A stretch of 55,620 bases of DNA, the filler included, from Sluysia triapertura (lineage: Eukaryota), in the NCBI GenBank assembly GCA_046118255.1. It is 4 parts of 4 records of this genome, joined end to end, with 100 filler letters (N's around TTAATTAATTAA, not from the genome) between each part and the next. Parts side by side here need not be neighbours in the genome. Positions count along the whole stretch, not along the records: positions 10,879 to 23,006 come from JBJNIA010136618.1; positions 23,107 to 38,912 come from JBJNIA010218140.1; 2 more parts are not named here. One strand, 5' to 3'. Shown in pieces: positions 13,410-25,713 of this stretch. The position numbers and the translations under genes were made by a program. Within the stretch, counting starts at the first letter, position 1. Each line of letters begins with the position of its first letter. Below the pieces are notes generated by a model. The model searched no databases. It saw only the letters and a program-made list of their open reading frames with translations, and was not told the origin of the DNA.

Positions 13410-13700
13410 CGACAGACTTACATAAATTTTCAGGACGATCAGATTGTTTTTTTGGAAAAAGCACATTCTAAATCGTGTTCAGATTTTCGACATCACAGAC
13501 ATCTAATTCGTGGAACATTATAATTGTGATCAAGTAGTAAGTCTAAATTTCATATATATTGAAAACTCGTAAGAGTTAAAATAAACCATTAATATTACAT
13601 TGTTTCCGTTGGTCCTTAAGATCAATGATAAAATCATTTTAAAATTACTAATCTTAATCTGACCGAGCCTTTGTAGACTACGTCTTTTCAAAGTAACATT
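13410..13700 (-). mobile_element. Tc1-like transposase relic
   Basis: Minus strand gga aac aat gta ata (GGGSVM remnant), a QDNAP-like remnant, and aat ctg aac acg att tag aat gtg (DLNPIENV remnant). Confidence 0.55.
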
Positions 13701-15634
13701 ATTATTTTATTAAAATTTTATTATTATTCGTTCATAAATTCATTTACGTATATATTGGTGTAATTTTATTAATAATTTCTTTGATATATATGTTTTACGT
13801 AAATTTGTTAATTTATAATTTTGATAATACACCTTAAGAACATTTGTTGGTGTATTATCAATAACATATAATATATTACGCAAAAATAAATTAAGTAACT
13901 CTTAATTACTGAGATAAAGTGATAAGGAACTCATAGACATTTGTTACCTTATTTTTCTAAAATAACGACTGGTAAGGTACTTCATTAAATCTTTCTTCGC
14001 AAATTGATTATGCTTCTTACCAGCCGTACGTTGTAAGCGAACTCTATCAATCTATTTTTGCTGATCAGGTTAAGTTTAGGAAATAAAACCACAGCAGTAT
14101 TCATTGGTGTAATAATATTATTGTAAAAATTCAGTGCCAATATTGTATTAATACATATATGAGAAACATACCAATTATAATTATTGAATTTACTTTAATT
14201 TAATTTCTTCAATTTTCTTGTAAATGCGCCTTCATAAGCCGTACATTAAAAGAGAACCCATACGTAAGTTTAATTCATTTTGCAATTAAAGTTTTCAAAA
14301 GAAAAACTCAGCACATTTAACAACATCTGAGAATTATCGTTAAAGTCTTGAAAATATATTTTTATAATATTCAAAAATTTCGACAGAATTTCGATATAAT
14401 TTATCAAATAAGGATGCCGTAATATATGATATTGATGGGAATGAACTACCCTATTAATAGTAAAAGAATATTGACACAAAATTTTATCATGACAACAAAT
14501 TGAAACGAGTAATCCAAAATTGATGTCCACTTAGAAGCTACGACAAAGACAGTTCCTTGCATCTAGCTCGAGAAAATCGTACCGATGTTGGTTTATTTCG
14601 TTTGGCGTATGTAGTTTGATGAAATAAGTTGTAAGTTGTTTATTGTAACAAAATTTCGTTGTGAAATGATTAAATTTGACTTTGAAGTATATTTTTCAAT
14701 ATATTTTGAGATAAATTTATTGGGGTCAACATTATCATTATGGTACTCTTTCATGGACTTCTGCCTTGATTAGTAACTGTCTTTTATTATGTCAGAATTA
14801 AATTCAATTTTATGATAAACTTCTCTAGTCTCTACTTATCCAGTGGAGTTTAACACTAACCTTGTAAAATTCTTTGCAGCAGCTGTATTTTATTTTGTAA
14901 GTGTAAAATTATCTTCACAATGTATTTGATTAACGCTTTGATTTGCTTTATTTGCGTTTATATAATCACCATTCACTTTATAGTATGTAGGATCCGTTAC
15001 TTACACTTTCTGATTAATAGCCCAAAAGTAAGACTCTGGAATCCATTACCAAGAAATGTGAGTTTAATTTTGATTACGAATTATTGGAAATCTAATTTCT
15101 TGATTACCAAACTGTGGATCTAATTTTGATTACAAATTATTATAAATTTAATTTTTTGGCAGACATTTTGATAATTATTTTTTATCTTAATTTTTATTTG
15201 GGAATTTGTTTGGCTACGTAACTTGTTTGCTTTCTCATTGGGGTGTGAGTGAATTAAAACATTCTGCCTGCAAACATACTGCATTAGAAGGGTGGTATTT
15301 ATAACCATTTTGTTTCCAGACAAATTAATTAATTTAACATATTTAATTAATTTCTAATGTAACCATGAAATCTATCAGAATAATTAAACTTCTGCTTAAA
15401 CACTTATTCTTAACATATGTTACTTTAATTTTCAATTTTCCATTTACATGTAATCAATATTTATTATTTTAAATAATTGTATAATTTGTGATATTCCAAA
15501 CTTTATGAAAATGATTGGCGATAATTCTTTGAATGTTGCATCTGAACTTTTCTTCGTGGTTCTTCTTTCTTTTCATGTAAACATTTCTTCAAAAAGTCAT
15601 TATACATAAAATAATGATCTTTTTGTGGTACGAA

Positions 15635-15860
15635 TTAACCCTTTCGCTGCGCAACACGTTTTGAAATTTTGAGACCGCTGTGGAGTTTATTTGTGTTGAG
15701 CAGCACACACTAGTAGATTTCCGTCTGTATGCAATATATGGCGTAAATAGTCGTGTTTAACAGGAAACCATTTTAAAACATGATGCGAAAATACTCGCTT
15801 GGAGTGTATGAGACATTATTTTTACGAATATTTATACATGTAGAGCAGCAAAATGGTTAA
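15635..15860. mobile_element. piggyBac-like MITE
   Basis: TTAA-CCCTTTCGCTGC...GCAGCAAAATGG-TTAA: imperfect TIRs with TTAA flanks. Confidence 0.7.
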
Positions 15861-17488
15861 AGTTATTGTTAATATTCTTAAACTTTTATATTTCTTTTAT
15901 TTAATTCCAGAACACCTTCACTATCTTGAGATAGATCTCTTTCTCATTTTATGAACTGTTTGCTTTTAAAATATCATTTTAGATAATTTCCGATTAATAT
16001 TTAATTTAGAAAAGTGATTCTTTTTGTCTTATGATTGTTCCACAGTTTGCTGAATTTTTCGCAATTATTTCTTTTTTATTTGTGAATATGGTTATCTGAT
16101 GTTTCCTTCGCTAGTATTTTACCTTGGATATTTTTATGATTTTTTTGATACATGGTTTATTAGTACTTAGTACGATCTGTTTCGAATGTACTTGTAAAAC
16201 GAGCTATTTTTGTATTAGATGCAATCTAAAGTATTAATGTTTAAGAGAATGGTCTTGGTTGTTTCAAAAGAATAAAATATACACATGAAACTAAGAAAAA
16301 CATGCAAAAGTAGTTGAATAATGAACTGCTTTAATTTGTAATTTGATTATCATAATTAGGTTTATTTATGCAAAATTGTACTACAAGTGTGATGCAAGAT
16401 TTGATATTTTAATATTGCTATGTTTACTAGGTTGAGAATTAAGTTTAATGTGCAATTTGCGGAGAAATAATGGATTTTATTTAAATTTTGATTAAATCTC
16501 AATATCTAATTTATTAACATGAAATAAACAAATTAATACTTATTCTAATCCAATAAACCAAATTTAATATAATAACTCACTCCAATTCAATTAATTATAT
16601 GAATTGAACTACATGTGCGCGAGTAAACCAGTAAACGAGATAATACTTTCTTTCCAGAGAGAGGTTGGGATGGTTTAGCGCGGACATTTCTATATCCTAA
16701 CAAATAATTAACAATATATTTTAACGCAATAAATGTATAACGATATTATATTTCAATATTAGAGCTGCTAGTATATATTTCTGAAAACTGTTTAGATTTC
16801 TTCTATCAGGTCTCCCGAGAATTTTAAGATTTTTTTACTCTATTCTTGGCGTGAAACAAGAAACTTTACCATGGTACAGTATTCAACAGGATTCGGTATC
16901 ATACAAGTAATTTAAAAATCACCAACAATAGAAATTAAAAAGTGTCGTATTCAATGAAAACATTAGCTAACATAAACAATGCATTTCAGTATTAAAGAAT
17001 ATTGTTCTAATATTTGTTCTAGCTTAATTCGTGTAATTATTAAAGCACAACTTAAGTAGTGTTACATTATATGGAATATATATTTCGGCTTTTGACTTGC
17101 GTTTTGCCTGGTATCATTTTGAAGATGCTTAAATTCAAAACAGGAGTTTAAACGACATATTACAAAATAAAATATTTTAAACTTCATTATAAATTTTTTG
17201 TCACTTTGATTTTTAAACCTTTTTATAAATGTAACAAAGCATAAGTAAAAATAGGTTACTTTTGATACAAATTACAAATGCCTACAAAATTATACTTTAC
17301 AATATTTTAATTATATCCAATTATTTGTAATCAAGTTTACTAAAAATATAATAAAAAATAAGTAAAGAAATTAACTGTTATATTATATTTTAAACTACAA
17401 ATTAAAATCTAAAAAGTTATATTATAGAGTAAAACGGAACAATTACTTATGATTTTGATTATGATTATTATTGATATTATTATCAAGA

Positions 17489-17489
<1 letters not shown>

Positions 17490-17576
<87 letters not shown>

Positions 17577-17595
17577 GTACTATTATTATTATTAA
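17490..17595. repeat. (TAT)n microsatellite
   Basis: Near-pure tat run. Confidence 0.97.
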
Positions 17596-18441
17596 ATACT
17601 ACTTATTCACTCTAGGAATGTAATTATCGATTATTTTTATTAAATTATCTAAGTAAATGTTCGAAATATTATTATTATTATTATTATTTTATTCTTTGAT
17701 GATGTTAATATAAAAATAAATAAGAAAATAAATCTAAATATAAAGGGAAAATAAATTATTAACGATTGTTAATATAAGATGATGTTTAAAGTGTATTAGT
17801 GTATTTAAAATATTTGTATTATATTTATATCAATAACAATTTCTAATACATAACAAACATAACAATTTGTTTTATTAGTAATTAACTAATCATAAAGTAG
17901 TTTATTTATAGAATTAATTAATTTCTCATTAAAATAAATTTTTAAACGATTTACTCTGTTTAAAAAGAAAAGTTAAAAATACATTTTCAGTTTTCCTATT
18001 TTTTACAAATCCAATTTATAAAATAAAAGTGTAATTAAAACTCAGAAAATAAAAATAACATTTAATCAGTTTATCGCAATTAATGCAATTTATCAATTAT
18101 CATAATAAATGTCAACAATTTGAAACTAAGCAATAACAAATTGTTATTCTCCAATAATATAGCTTGAATCCAAAACATGGCTTTCCACTCAATGACATTA
18201 ACGAATATAAATATTGGTTCACTATTACTATACTTATATTGTGAAATTAGAAGTGATATTTTTCAATAAACAAATCTCACTTTAAACCAACATTATGTAA
18301 CATCATTCTAACTTTTGATACGATTTTAAATGGTAAAGAATCCTTATCATAGGATTTATGTAAAATGGCTATTGACAAAATCCTCCAGATAATTAAAGGA
18401 CACAGTAGGAAATTAGTTAAATTTTTAAGAAACCTTTGTTG

Positions 18442-18496
18442 TCTAAAATCCAATGGCTGGCCCTCGCTGGTAAGTCCAGTACGTTGGTGAACTCAC
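18442..18496. repeat. Structured dispersed element, copy C (inverted relative to A)
   Basis: TCTAAAATCCAATGGCTGGCCCTCGCTGGTAAGTCCAGTACGTTGGTGAACTCAC. Confidence 0.9.
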
Positions 18497-19292
18497 GATA
18501 TCTAAAATCAACTTTTATTTTATTCTATTAACTTTATTATTTCTATCACAGTATTTTGTTGGAAATTAGCCTAACAAAATTTATCTTATCAAATATTTGG
18601 TTCACCTATACTAAAAGACTTATGGGGCGGTTTAAGATTTAAACAATGCTTTCAAAAAATAATGAAATATAACCTGAAACTGTTAGTTATAACATTCCAA
18701 AAAGATAATAATAATAATAGTAGTAATAATAATATGGTCATAATCAAGGTGATCGTTATTATAATTACTTTTAGTTTGAATCCCTTCAGTTTTTGATTTT
18801 GAATATTAATATAGTAATGCATTGACAGTTCATTTATTAATTGTTCAAATATGTCTTATCTGGCTTCGATTCAGTGGCTTTAGAAAAGGTAGAAGAGAAT
18901 GAAATACATCAAAATTATTTATTGGAATTACCACATAATTTCTGCGAACACGCAGTGATTCTAGAAGAGATTCAGTTGAATCAGAAAGATTCTGATCCGA
19001 TTCTCATCTCAAATTGTCTCAATTGAAAACTATAAAGATATCTCAAAGCGAAGTTAAAGAGGTTACATTTTCAATAGTTAATAATTTATATGATTTAAAT
19101 AAATTAGAGCTACGCAATAGTAATACAATTGTTTCATTTTCTTCTAATATATTCTCTTTCTTGGGCAATACTAACGCTTTCTTTGTTCATCCTATGTTTT
19201 ATGTAAATTCTTTTATCAATTGTGTTATGGGGAACTTCTGGTAAAGCCTCTTCCCTTTCACTTTTGCATTCCAGTTTGCTCTTTTTCCTTCC

Positions 19293-19293
<1 letters not shown>

Positions 19294-19334
<41 letters not shown>
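19294..19334. repeat. (AT)n microsatellite
   Basis: Pure ta run. Confidence 0.98.
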
Positions 19335-19338
<4 letters not shown>

Positions 19339-19969
19339 CTTTGAATTCATTTTTCGGGCATCCCTAATTTGTTCAAATTGTCTTCTTCCTCTTTTTTGGG
19401 TGTTCCATTTTCTTTTGTCCCTGTTTTATAATAAATATAACAAAATAAAATAGTTTCTGAATAGGACAACTACAATTTTTCACTTACCTTTGTACTTGTA
19501 TTCTCCATTTCCAATTATGCTCTTCTTTTGTGTGCTTATTTTATTTTTATTTGTAATTTTAAAAATAAAATAAAAAATTTATTTCCTTTTCATTTACACT
19601 CTCTTTCTCGTTTATGTTTGTTTAACCGTTTTATAATTTGTCATAATCCTCTTCCCATTTTATTCATGTATTTTGTATATTTTGTATGATGGTATGTCTG
19701 TGTAGAGAGGGCGTTTTAGATTTAAAAATTCGAAATTTTAATTATTTTTGTTTATTTCTTTTCTTTTATAGCAATTATTCGAAACATTGAATTTTGTTTT
19801 TAAATTTTTATTAAAAACGTTAAAAAATTTACTTAAGAAAAAACAATTTAAATATAACTTTAAAACAATTAATAAAGTAGACTTAAGGCCTTTTGTAAAT
19901 AACAAATTCAACAAATAACAAAGGTGGAATTTATTTTTCAACATAACATTTCGAAAAATATAAATAACG

Positions 19970-21016
19970 TTAATAGACAAAGTTATTGAATGTTTTCCAA
20001 CTTTTACGATGTTCTCCAATAGCATATATATCTTGCATTGGTGCTGATGGTGACCATTGAAGAATATTCAGTGAAAACTTAAATACTGATAGTGTTGGTA
20101 AAAACTTTCCGCATAGTCCACCAAGCATGTAAAAATAATCGTCCATTTCGACTGTTTCAAAAAAAACTCGTCCAGTTGGTATATTAGAATAACGCCGCAA
20201 AATTGACCAAGTCTCATTACGATAGGGTGAACAAAACATACTTCCACCAAAAACTAAAATACATTGATGTGGTAAACGTGGTCTACTTAAATGATGTGCT
20301 TCAGGTAAAACACGCTTATCACGCTTAGCTAATACCAAAGTCAATTTTGAAGAATGTGGCAAATTTTTAACCATATTAATATTTTTAATTAAATTTATTT
20401 CATTTAAAATTAATCTAGCTAATCTTAAACAGTTGAGTAAAGATATTAAATGTATTTCACAAATTTTCAAGTCATTTTCAATCCATTTAATAATAGCTTG
20501 AAATAAAATAATTTCATTTTGAATGTTAATTTTATCATCATCCAGCAAATTAAAAATTCAATGTTTTTAAATATTTCAGAAAAATTATCAAGCATATACA
20601 AATTAACTTTTGACATAATTGATAAATTAAGTTTCTTAGCTAGTTTTTAATGATCCCAAAATTATCAATATTAATATTGCTCTTTATGAAGTTTTCACTT
20701 CTTTAAACAACGATTTTACATCACAACGTTTAGTTATACCAATAAGTCTTTCCACATTTTGTTGAATTATTTTTATTTCACCAATATGTGCACATCGTAA
20801 TATAATTTCATCTCGACCAACAGTTTGTAATAATTTCCAAAATGCATTACTAGTTTTAGCTAATTTAAATACATTTATCATTGATTTTTGTGTTCCATTA
20901 ATATACAGCTCTCTAGTTAAGAACCATGGCATATTAAAGTCAAATAAACAATCGGGGTTCATAATTTTTTTTATCATTAATTTATCTTTCTGCTTACATA
21001 AATTATTGATGGACAA
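19970..21016 (-). pseudogene. Intronless BTB-BACK-Kelch pseudogene (KLHL10-like), copy 2
   Basis: ORFs 20684..21016 and 19970..20548; SRPRLPHQCILVFGG and YFYMLGGL...WSPSAPM motifs; frameshifts and internal deletions; colinear with copy 1. Confidence 0.88.
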
Positions 21017-21814
21017 ATTAATACATAATATCTATTAAATTTATTAAAATTTTAGTTTGAAATTTTTTTTTAATTTAACCAATTTTTCTCAATAAATGTA
21101 TAATTGTTACATTTATTTAATGGTATAATTTTCTTTTAACTCATATTAGATCTAAATATATAATTTTTGGGTAAAAATATGCAAACACAAAAGTTGTGGT
21201 AGAAATAGTGTTAAATTATGTGTTGATTTGAACTTGGTGACGATGGTGATATTGATGATGATTCAGATGATGTATGGGCACATTTTTCTTATGATTGCAA
21301 TGCAGGTGGAGAAATGGTTGTAGTTTTATTGGATGGAAAATATGGGTTTCGAATTGCTTGAAAGTGCGGGTTATGAGAGAATGGTACTTTAATAGGTTCC
21401 TTTTTTGATGTGGGGTTTCATTTTCAAGATCCCCTAATTTTACATCAGAAATAGAAGAAGAATAAAAGAATAAGAAAAAAGGTTGAAGGTATAGATAAGA
21501 GAAATAATAATTATCAATAACGAATAACGAATTTATTATATATTTTAAAATAATGGTGTAATAATATTATTATAAAAGTTATTATATGACAATCATGGTA
21601 ATCATATTATATGGCAATAATCATAATAATTATTATATGTTTTAATATGATTTGATTTATAATAACAATAACTGTAGTTTATGACAATTATATACAATTT
21701 TTTTGGCTTTCTCTATCATTAACAAACAATTTTGTGATCTCCACAATTTAGCGTACTATATTGTATGTACTATACATGTAAAACCTGTTATACTGTTAAA
21801 GTACATGTTTTAAA

Positions 21815-21881
21815 TTCATCGAACTGTTCAGCAAGAGGTCCCGTGTTCGATCCCCGTCAATCCATTTTATGAAGTCTAACA
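21815..21881 (+). repeat. tRNA-derived (3' half) SINE-like repeat, copy 1
   Basis: B-box/T-arm GTTCGATCCCC, ends CCA-TTTT, shared tail atgaagtctaaca; no 5' half or A-box. Confidence 0.75.
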
Positions 21882-22349
21882 CAATAAACTTATCAAGTAA
21901 TGATTTCAAACTTTTTTAAGAAAGGAATTCTGATGTTATTGATGAAAGCATAGGTAGATGCGTTCAGTTATCTCATGAAGGACTATTGCTTACTTATTTT
22001 GTTGCATCTTATTCTTCAACAAAATATTTGAATCAACTTATATACTATCTTTCATTTAATCAAACATTGAGTTTTTTATCATGAGTTATGGTTATTGTTA
22101 GCATATATTCCATTGTAATAATAATTCTTATAATAATTTCATATAATAATTCTTTTAATAATATCACAATACTATCAACATTATCATATTAAAATATATA
22201 ATAATTCTATTATTGTTATCATTATGATTTCTGTTATTTTCACAACTAATCTTCATTTTATTCTTTTTTTTGTATTAATTTGTATATATTTATGTATGTG
22301 TAATTCTGATCAATTTACTTTCGAAGCTATTATGAAACTATTAATCAAA

Positions 22350-22830
22350 AGTATCAAAAAACTATTCTAAAATGTTGGAAAACAATTGCTTTCTCCAAAA
22401 ATCCTCCTGAAATTAACTACTAGACACTTACAAATCAATTCAAATATTCAAAATTCATGATTTTTATCACTTAATCCCTAACATCACAGAAAGACAATAT
22501 TACTTAAAATATCAAGAAAATAAATCACATTTTCAGCATTGTATAACCATCTCTTGAACATAACCAAAATCATATCATTTTTAACATCACATAATTACCT
22601 TTTAGAATATACCAAAACATAGCCTATGATCTATCTTATTCACATCCACTAAACTACTCTTTTTCAACATACTTATAATTCATAATCTTTTAACATCCAA
22701 ACATAAATGTACATTTATGATCAATTTTAAACATTTATATTATCTCAAAATACCTTCTACACTCAAATTCGTCTTCAATAAGAAACATTAAATAGCATTT
22801 AAAAATTCACTTGAGGCATTCCACACATTA
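22350..22830 (+). mobile_element. Mariner relic with G-depleted sense strand
   Basis: Remnants NPPEIT TRHL, IPNITERQ, F*HHIIT (FL.RIIT) and SYS..P.NY.LF; 12 G vs 59 C in 22441-22740. Confidence 0.6.
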
Positions 22831-22936
22831 TTGTATAACATTAAAAACACAAGTTCACATTAGATAATTTCAAAAATGTTAAGAAATTAAAGATTTAAAA
22901 GCAAGATCGCGTAATTTTCAAAAAGGATTTGAAATT

Positions 22937-22937
<1 letters not shown>

Positions 22938-23006
<69 letters not shown>
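22938..23006. repeat. (AAT)n microsatellite at contig end
   Basis: Pure aat run. Confidence 0.98.
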
Positions 23007-23106
23007 NNNNNNNNNNNNNNNNNNNNNNNNNNNNNNNNNNNNNNNNNNNNTTAATTAATTAANNNNNNNNNNNNNNNNNNNNNNNNNNNNNNNNNNNNNN
23101 NNNNNN
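23007..23106. other. Artificial contig spacer
   Basis: N44-TTAATTAATTAA-N44. Confidence 0.97.
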
Positions 23107-23164
23107 TTTGTAAATACACGGGCCGCATGATTTGCCTCCGCGGGCCGCCACTTTGACACCACTG
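23107..23164. mobile_element. Terminus of a hAT (Charlie-like) element
   Basis: Repeated CGGGCCGC subterminal motifs, then TTTGACACCACTG (TIR CAGTGGTGTCAAA). Confidence 0.65.
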
Positions 23165-23277
23165 TTGTAGACTGATGTTATTATTAATTGGTGTTGCTGA
23201 ATAAATGATTTGCAATTAGATGCAAAAACTTAATGGTATCAGATAAATGTTTTATGCTTTATTCTATTAACAATTAA

Positions 23278-23342
<65 letters not shown>

Positions 23343-23343
23343 T
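23278..23343. repeat. (TAT)n microsatellite
   Basis: Pure tat run. Confidence 0.97.
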
Positions 23344-23899
23344 AAAATCTTTTTGGGCTATGGCTACTACAGGCGCCTAGCCTTATTTAAAGAAATTAAA
23401 TTAATAATTTGTATCTAAATCTGGCAGGAAGTGTAGTAATAATCCTCCCTATTACTACTTGAAGGCCCTAAATAGATGACTACAAATAGTTTAAACATGT
23501 GTTACTTTTTTAAGTATTAATAGTATACATAAAATCAAAAATTTGCCTCCGTCATTAAATTCATTATTATATCTGGGATAGACATTTACAAAAAGTTAAG
23601 AAAACCCAAAGATAATTAAGATTGGATATTTTGGATATTTTGGATATTTATTGAGATGTGAATTGATCTAAAAAGCAAAATAGAGTAAATTCGAGTCTGA
23701 AGGGCAGTTTGCAAGCAAGTTAGACCGTTTATGTACATGGTCTCGAAAATGACAATATTACAGAACAATTATTGACGAGCTTAAGTATGTAAAAGTTTAG
23801 GCCACTGCTGCAATCAGTAATACGGATGAAAATAATTTAAATATTGTTAAGGCTAGTAGTCTGCAAGTAAATGTAGTTAGGTCATAATAATTAGTATTT

Positions 23900-24850
23900 A
23901 GTACTGATAAACATGTAAATCTGATGTTAAACGCATAAACTATTTGACCAATAATAAGCTATGATAAGCTCTAAATATTTCTTGTTTTATTTGTTAGATA
24001 TGACATATTAAATATTATAAACTAAAGTCTGTATAAATTTGGCTAAGCTAAATGAAAATAAAGCAACATGTTAAAATTACAATTACGGTGAATTATCGAT
24101 AATGGTGTCAAAGTAAATATCATGATGGCCAGTAACATCCGTGAAATTAGGTGGAAGATCTTGAACTTGAAATTAAATACCTTTATTGATGATGGTATAA
24201 AGGTATTATGTTATCATCAGTCTATCGATAAATGATGTTAAAGTCAGTGATATTAAATTAGAAGTATGTAATCTAAAGAATAAATGGATTTGTACATCCA
24301 AAATGCTCTATCGGTTATTAAAGATAAAGCAAAATTGGAACTTCACAAATTACTAAGGTATGCCATGATTGAAGAAGAATAATATGAATATTGTTCACCT
24401 TTCGTGCCAATCGCAAGGCAATTGGTGAATAGTGCAACGAAGAACGAGGTATTTCAAAAACCATCTTTACAAGAATGGTGTTAAATTAGCCTCACTACTC
24501 AACACAATGAAACAATGAAACACTTGAGTAGTAAAAAATATTTAATTTTTTCGTTCTCCATTTGGCCTTATCTCTACTTTGAAGATTTCAAGAGTATCAG
24601 GAGCATATTATAAACGATCATAAGTGTTACTGTGTTACGTAGATGCTTCAAGTAGGGGACATGATTCAATTTTCAGAAGGTTTTGAATCGTTTAAAAGCA
24701 TTCACTTCGATAATAAATGAAGACAAGTATATAATTTAGAAAAAATACTTGTAACGACATAAATCTTCTGAGACGTATGTTAATAAAAATAGCATTAGAC
24801 TATGCTATTTATACTTCAACATTGCATTGATTATTTACTACAAGACAGAT
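23900..24850 (+). mobile_element. Decayed Ty3/Gypsy protease-RT fragment
   Basis: IDNGVKVNIM (protease), KLLRYAMIEE, EYCSPFVPI, RSPFGLIS and CYVD motifs in the expected order, with many disablements. Confidence 0.8.
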
Positions 24851-25647
24851 CATTTTCTAAATTTCATTATGAAATTTTTAGAAATTCCTAAAGTATTTAA
24901 AATAGTAAAGATAGTAAAGAAAGTAAAGATAGTATTTAATTGATATTAATATTATTTTAATGACTACTCTAATGATGGCATAATATAAGAAAGATTAGAA
25001 CTGATTTATCTATTAATAGATTATCTTACTTAGCTCAATAGTCTTTAATACGAAATGTAATATAAATAAGGTTTTTAAACAATCTTAAAAGCACTTAATT
25101 AAATTGTTAGAGTATTTTGATTCATTTAAATAATTAGAAGTTCAATTTGTACAGTAAAAATATTTCTATAATTAACAAATAATTGCAGCATTGTTGTTAA
25201 ATAATAAATTTTGGTAATCTTGCAAATATTTGTTAAGTTTAAGAATTGTCAGATTAGTGTATATATATAATTTTAAAGAAATAATTATTTTTTACATACG
25301 ATTTTTAAATAATTAAAAATTTGTTTAAATAAATAAACAAAACGTACAATATATTTTAGAATTTTACCAATACATAATATTCTTTCTTTAATTTATATTA
25401 AAATACTGTTACTTTCTTACGTGGTAGCATGTGAACAACATTTTAAGACAACATACGAAGAATATGAAAGCATCATTTTTCAACAAATGTCTCCATTTAG
25501 GAAAATTTTGGACTATTTTACAACCCATTTTGAAGTGATTCATTGTATTAAGTGCGGAACATCCAACAGATTAAGATTTGTTTTCGTATTCAACAGAATG
25601 CAATATCACGAAACTAAATTTGAAATAATAATTAAACAAAGTATTCA

Positions 25648-25713
25648 TAAGGTGCTAAAATCGAAGTTCCTGAAAGTTCATAATATGTGGTAATGAAATT
25701 AATTGATATTTTA
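25648..25713. repeat. 66-bp perfect direct repeat, copy 1
   Basis: Identical to 27222-27287. Confidence 0.95.

Noticed and set aside
13950-15330. Minus-strand coding-like region
   Set aside because: No recognisable domain and many stops; a product call could not be supported.
16620-18420. RTE-like (16620-16950 minus) and APE endonuclease-like (18120-18420 plus) LINE remnants
   Set aside because: Only one or two degenerate motifs each (YDTESC*IL; SKTWL); too weak to call.
18442-18496. Hammerhead, HDV or pistol ribozyme, or U1 snRNA, assignment for the structured element
   Set aside because: Core catalytic consensus and pseudoknot pairings were not found; the ACTTACC match to U1 is only 7 nt.
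19220-19453. ORF with IYIYIY repeat
   Set aside because: Product of an (AT)n microsatellite.
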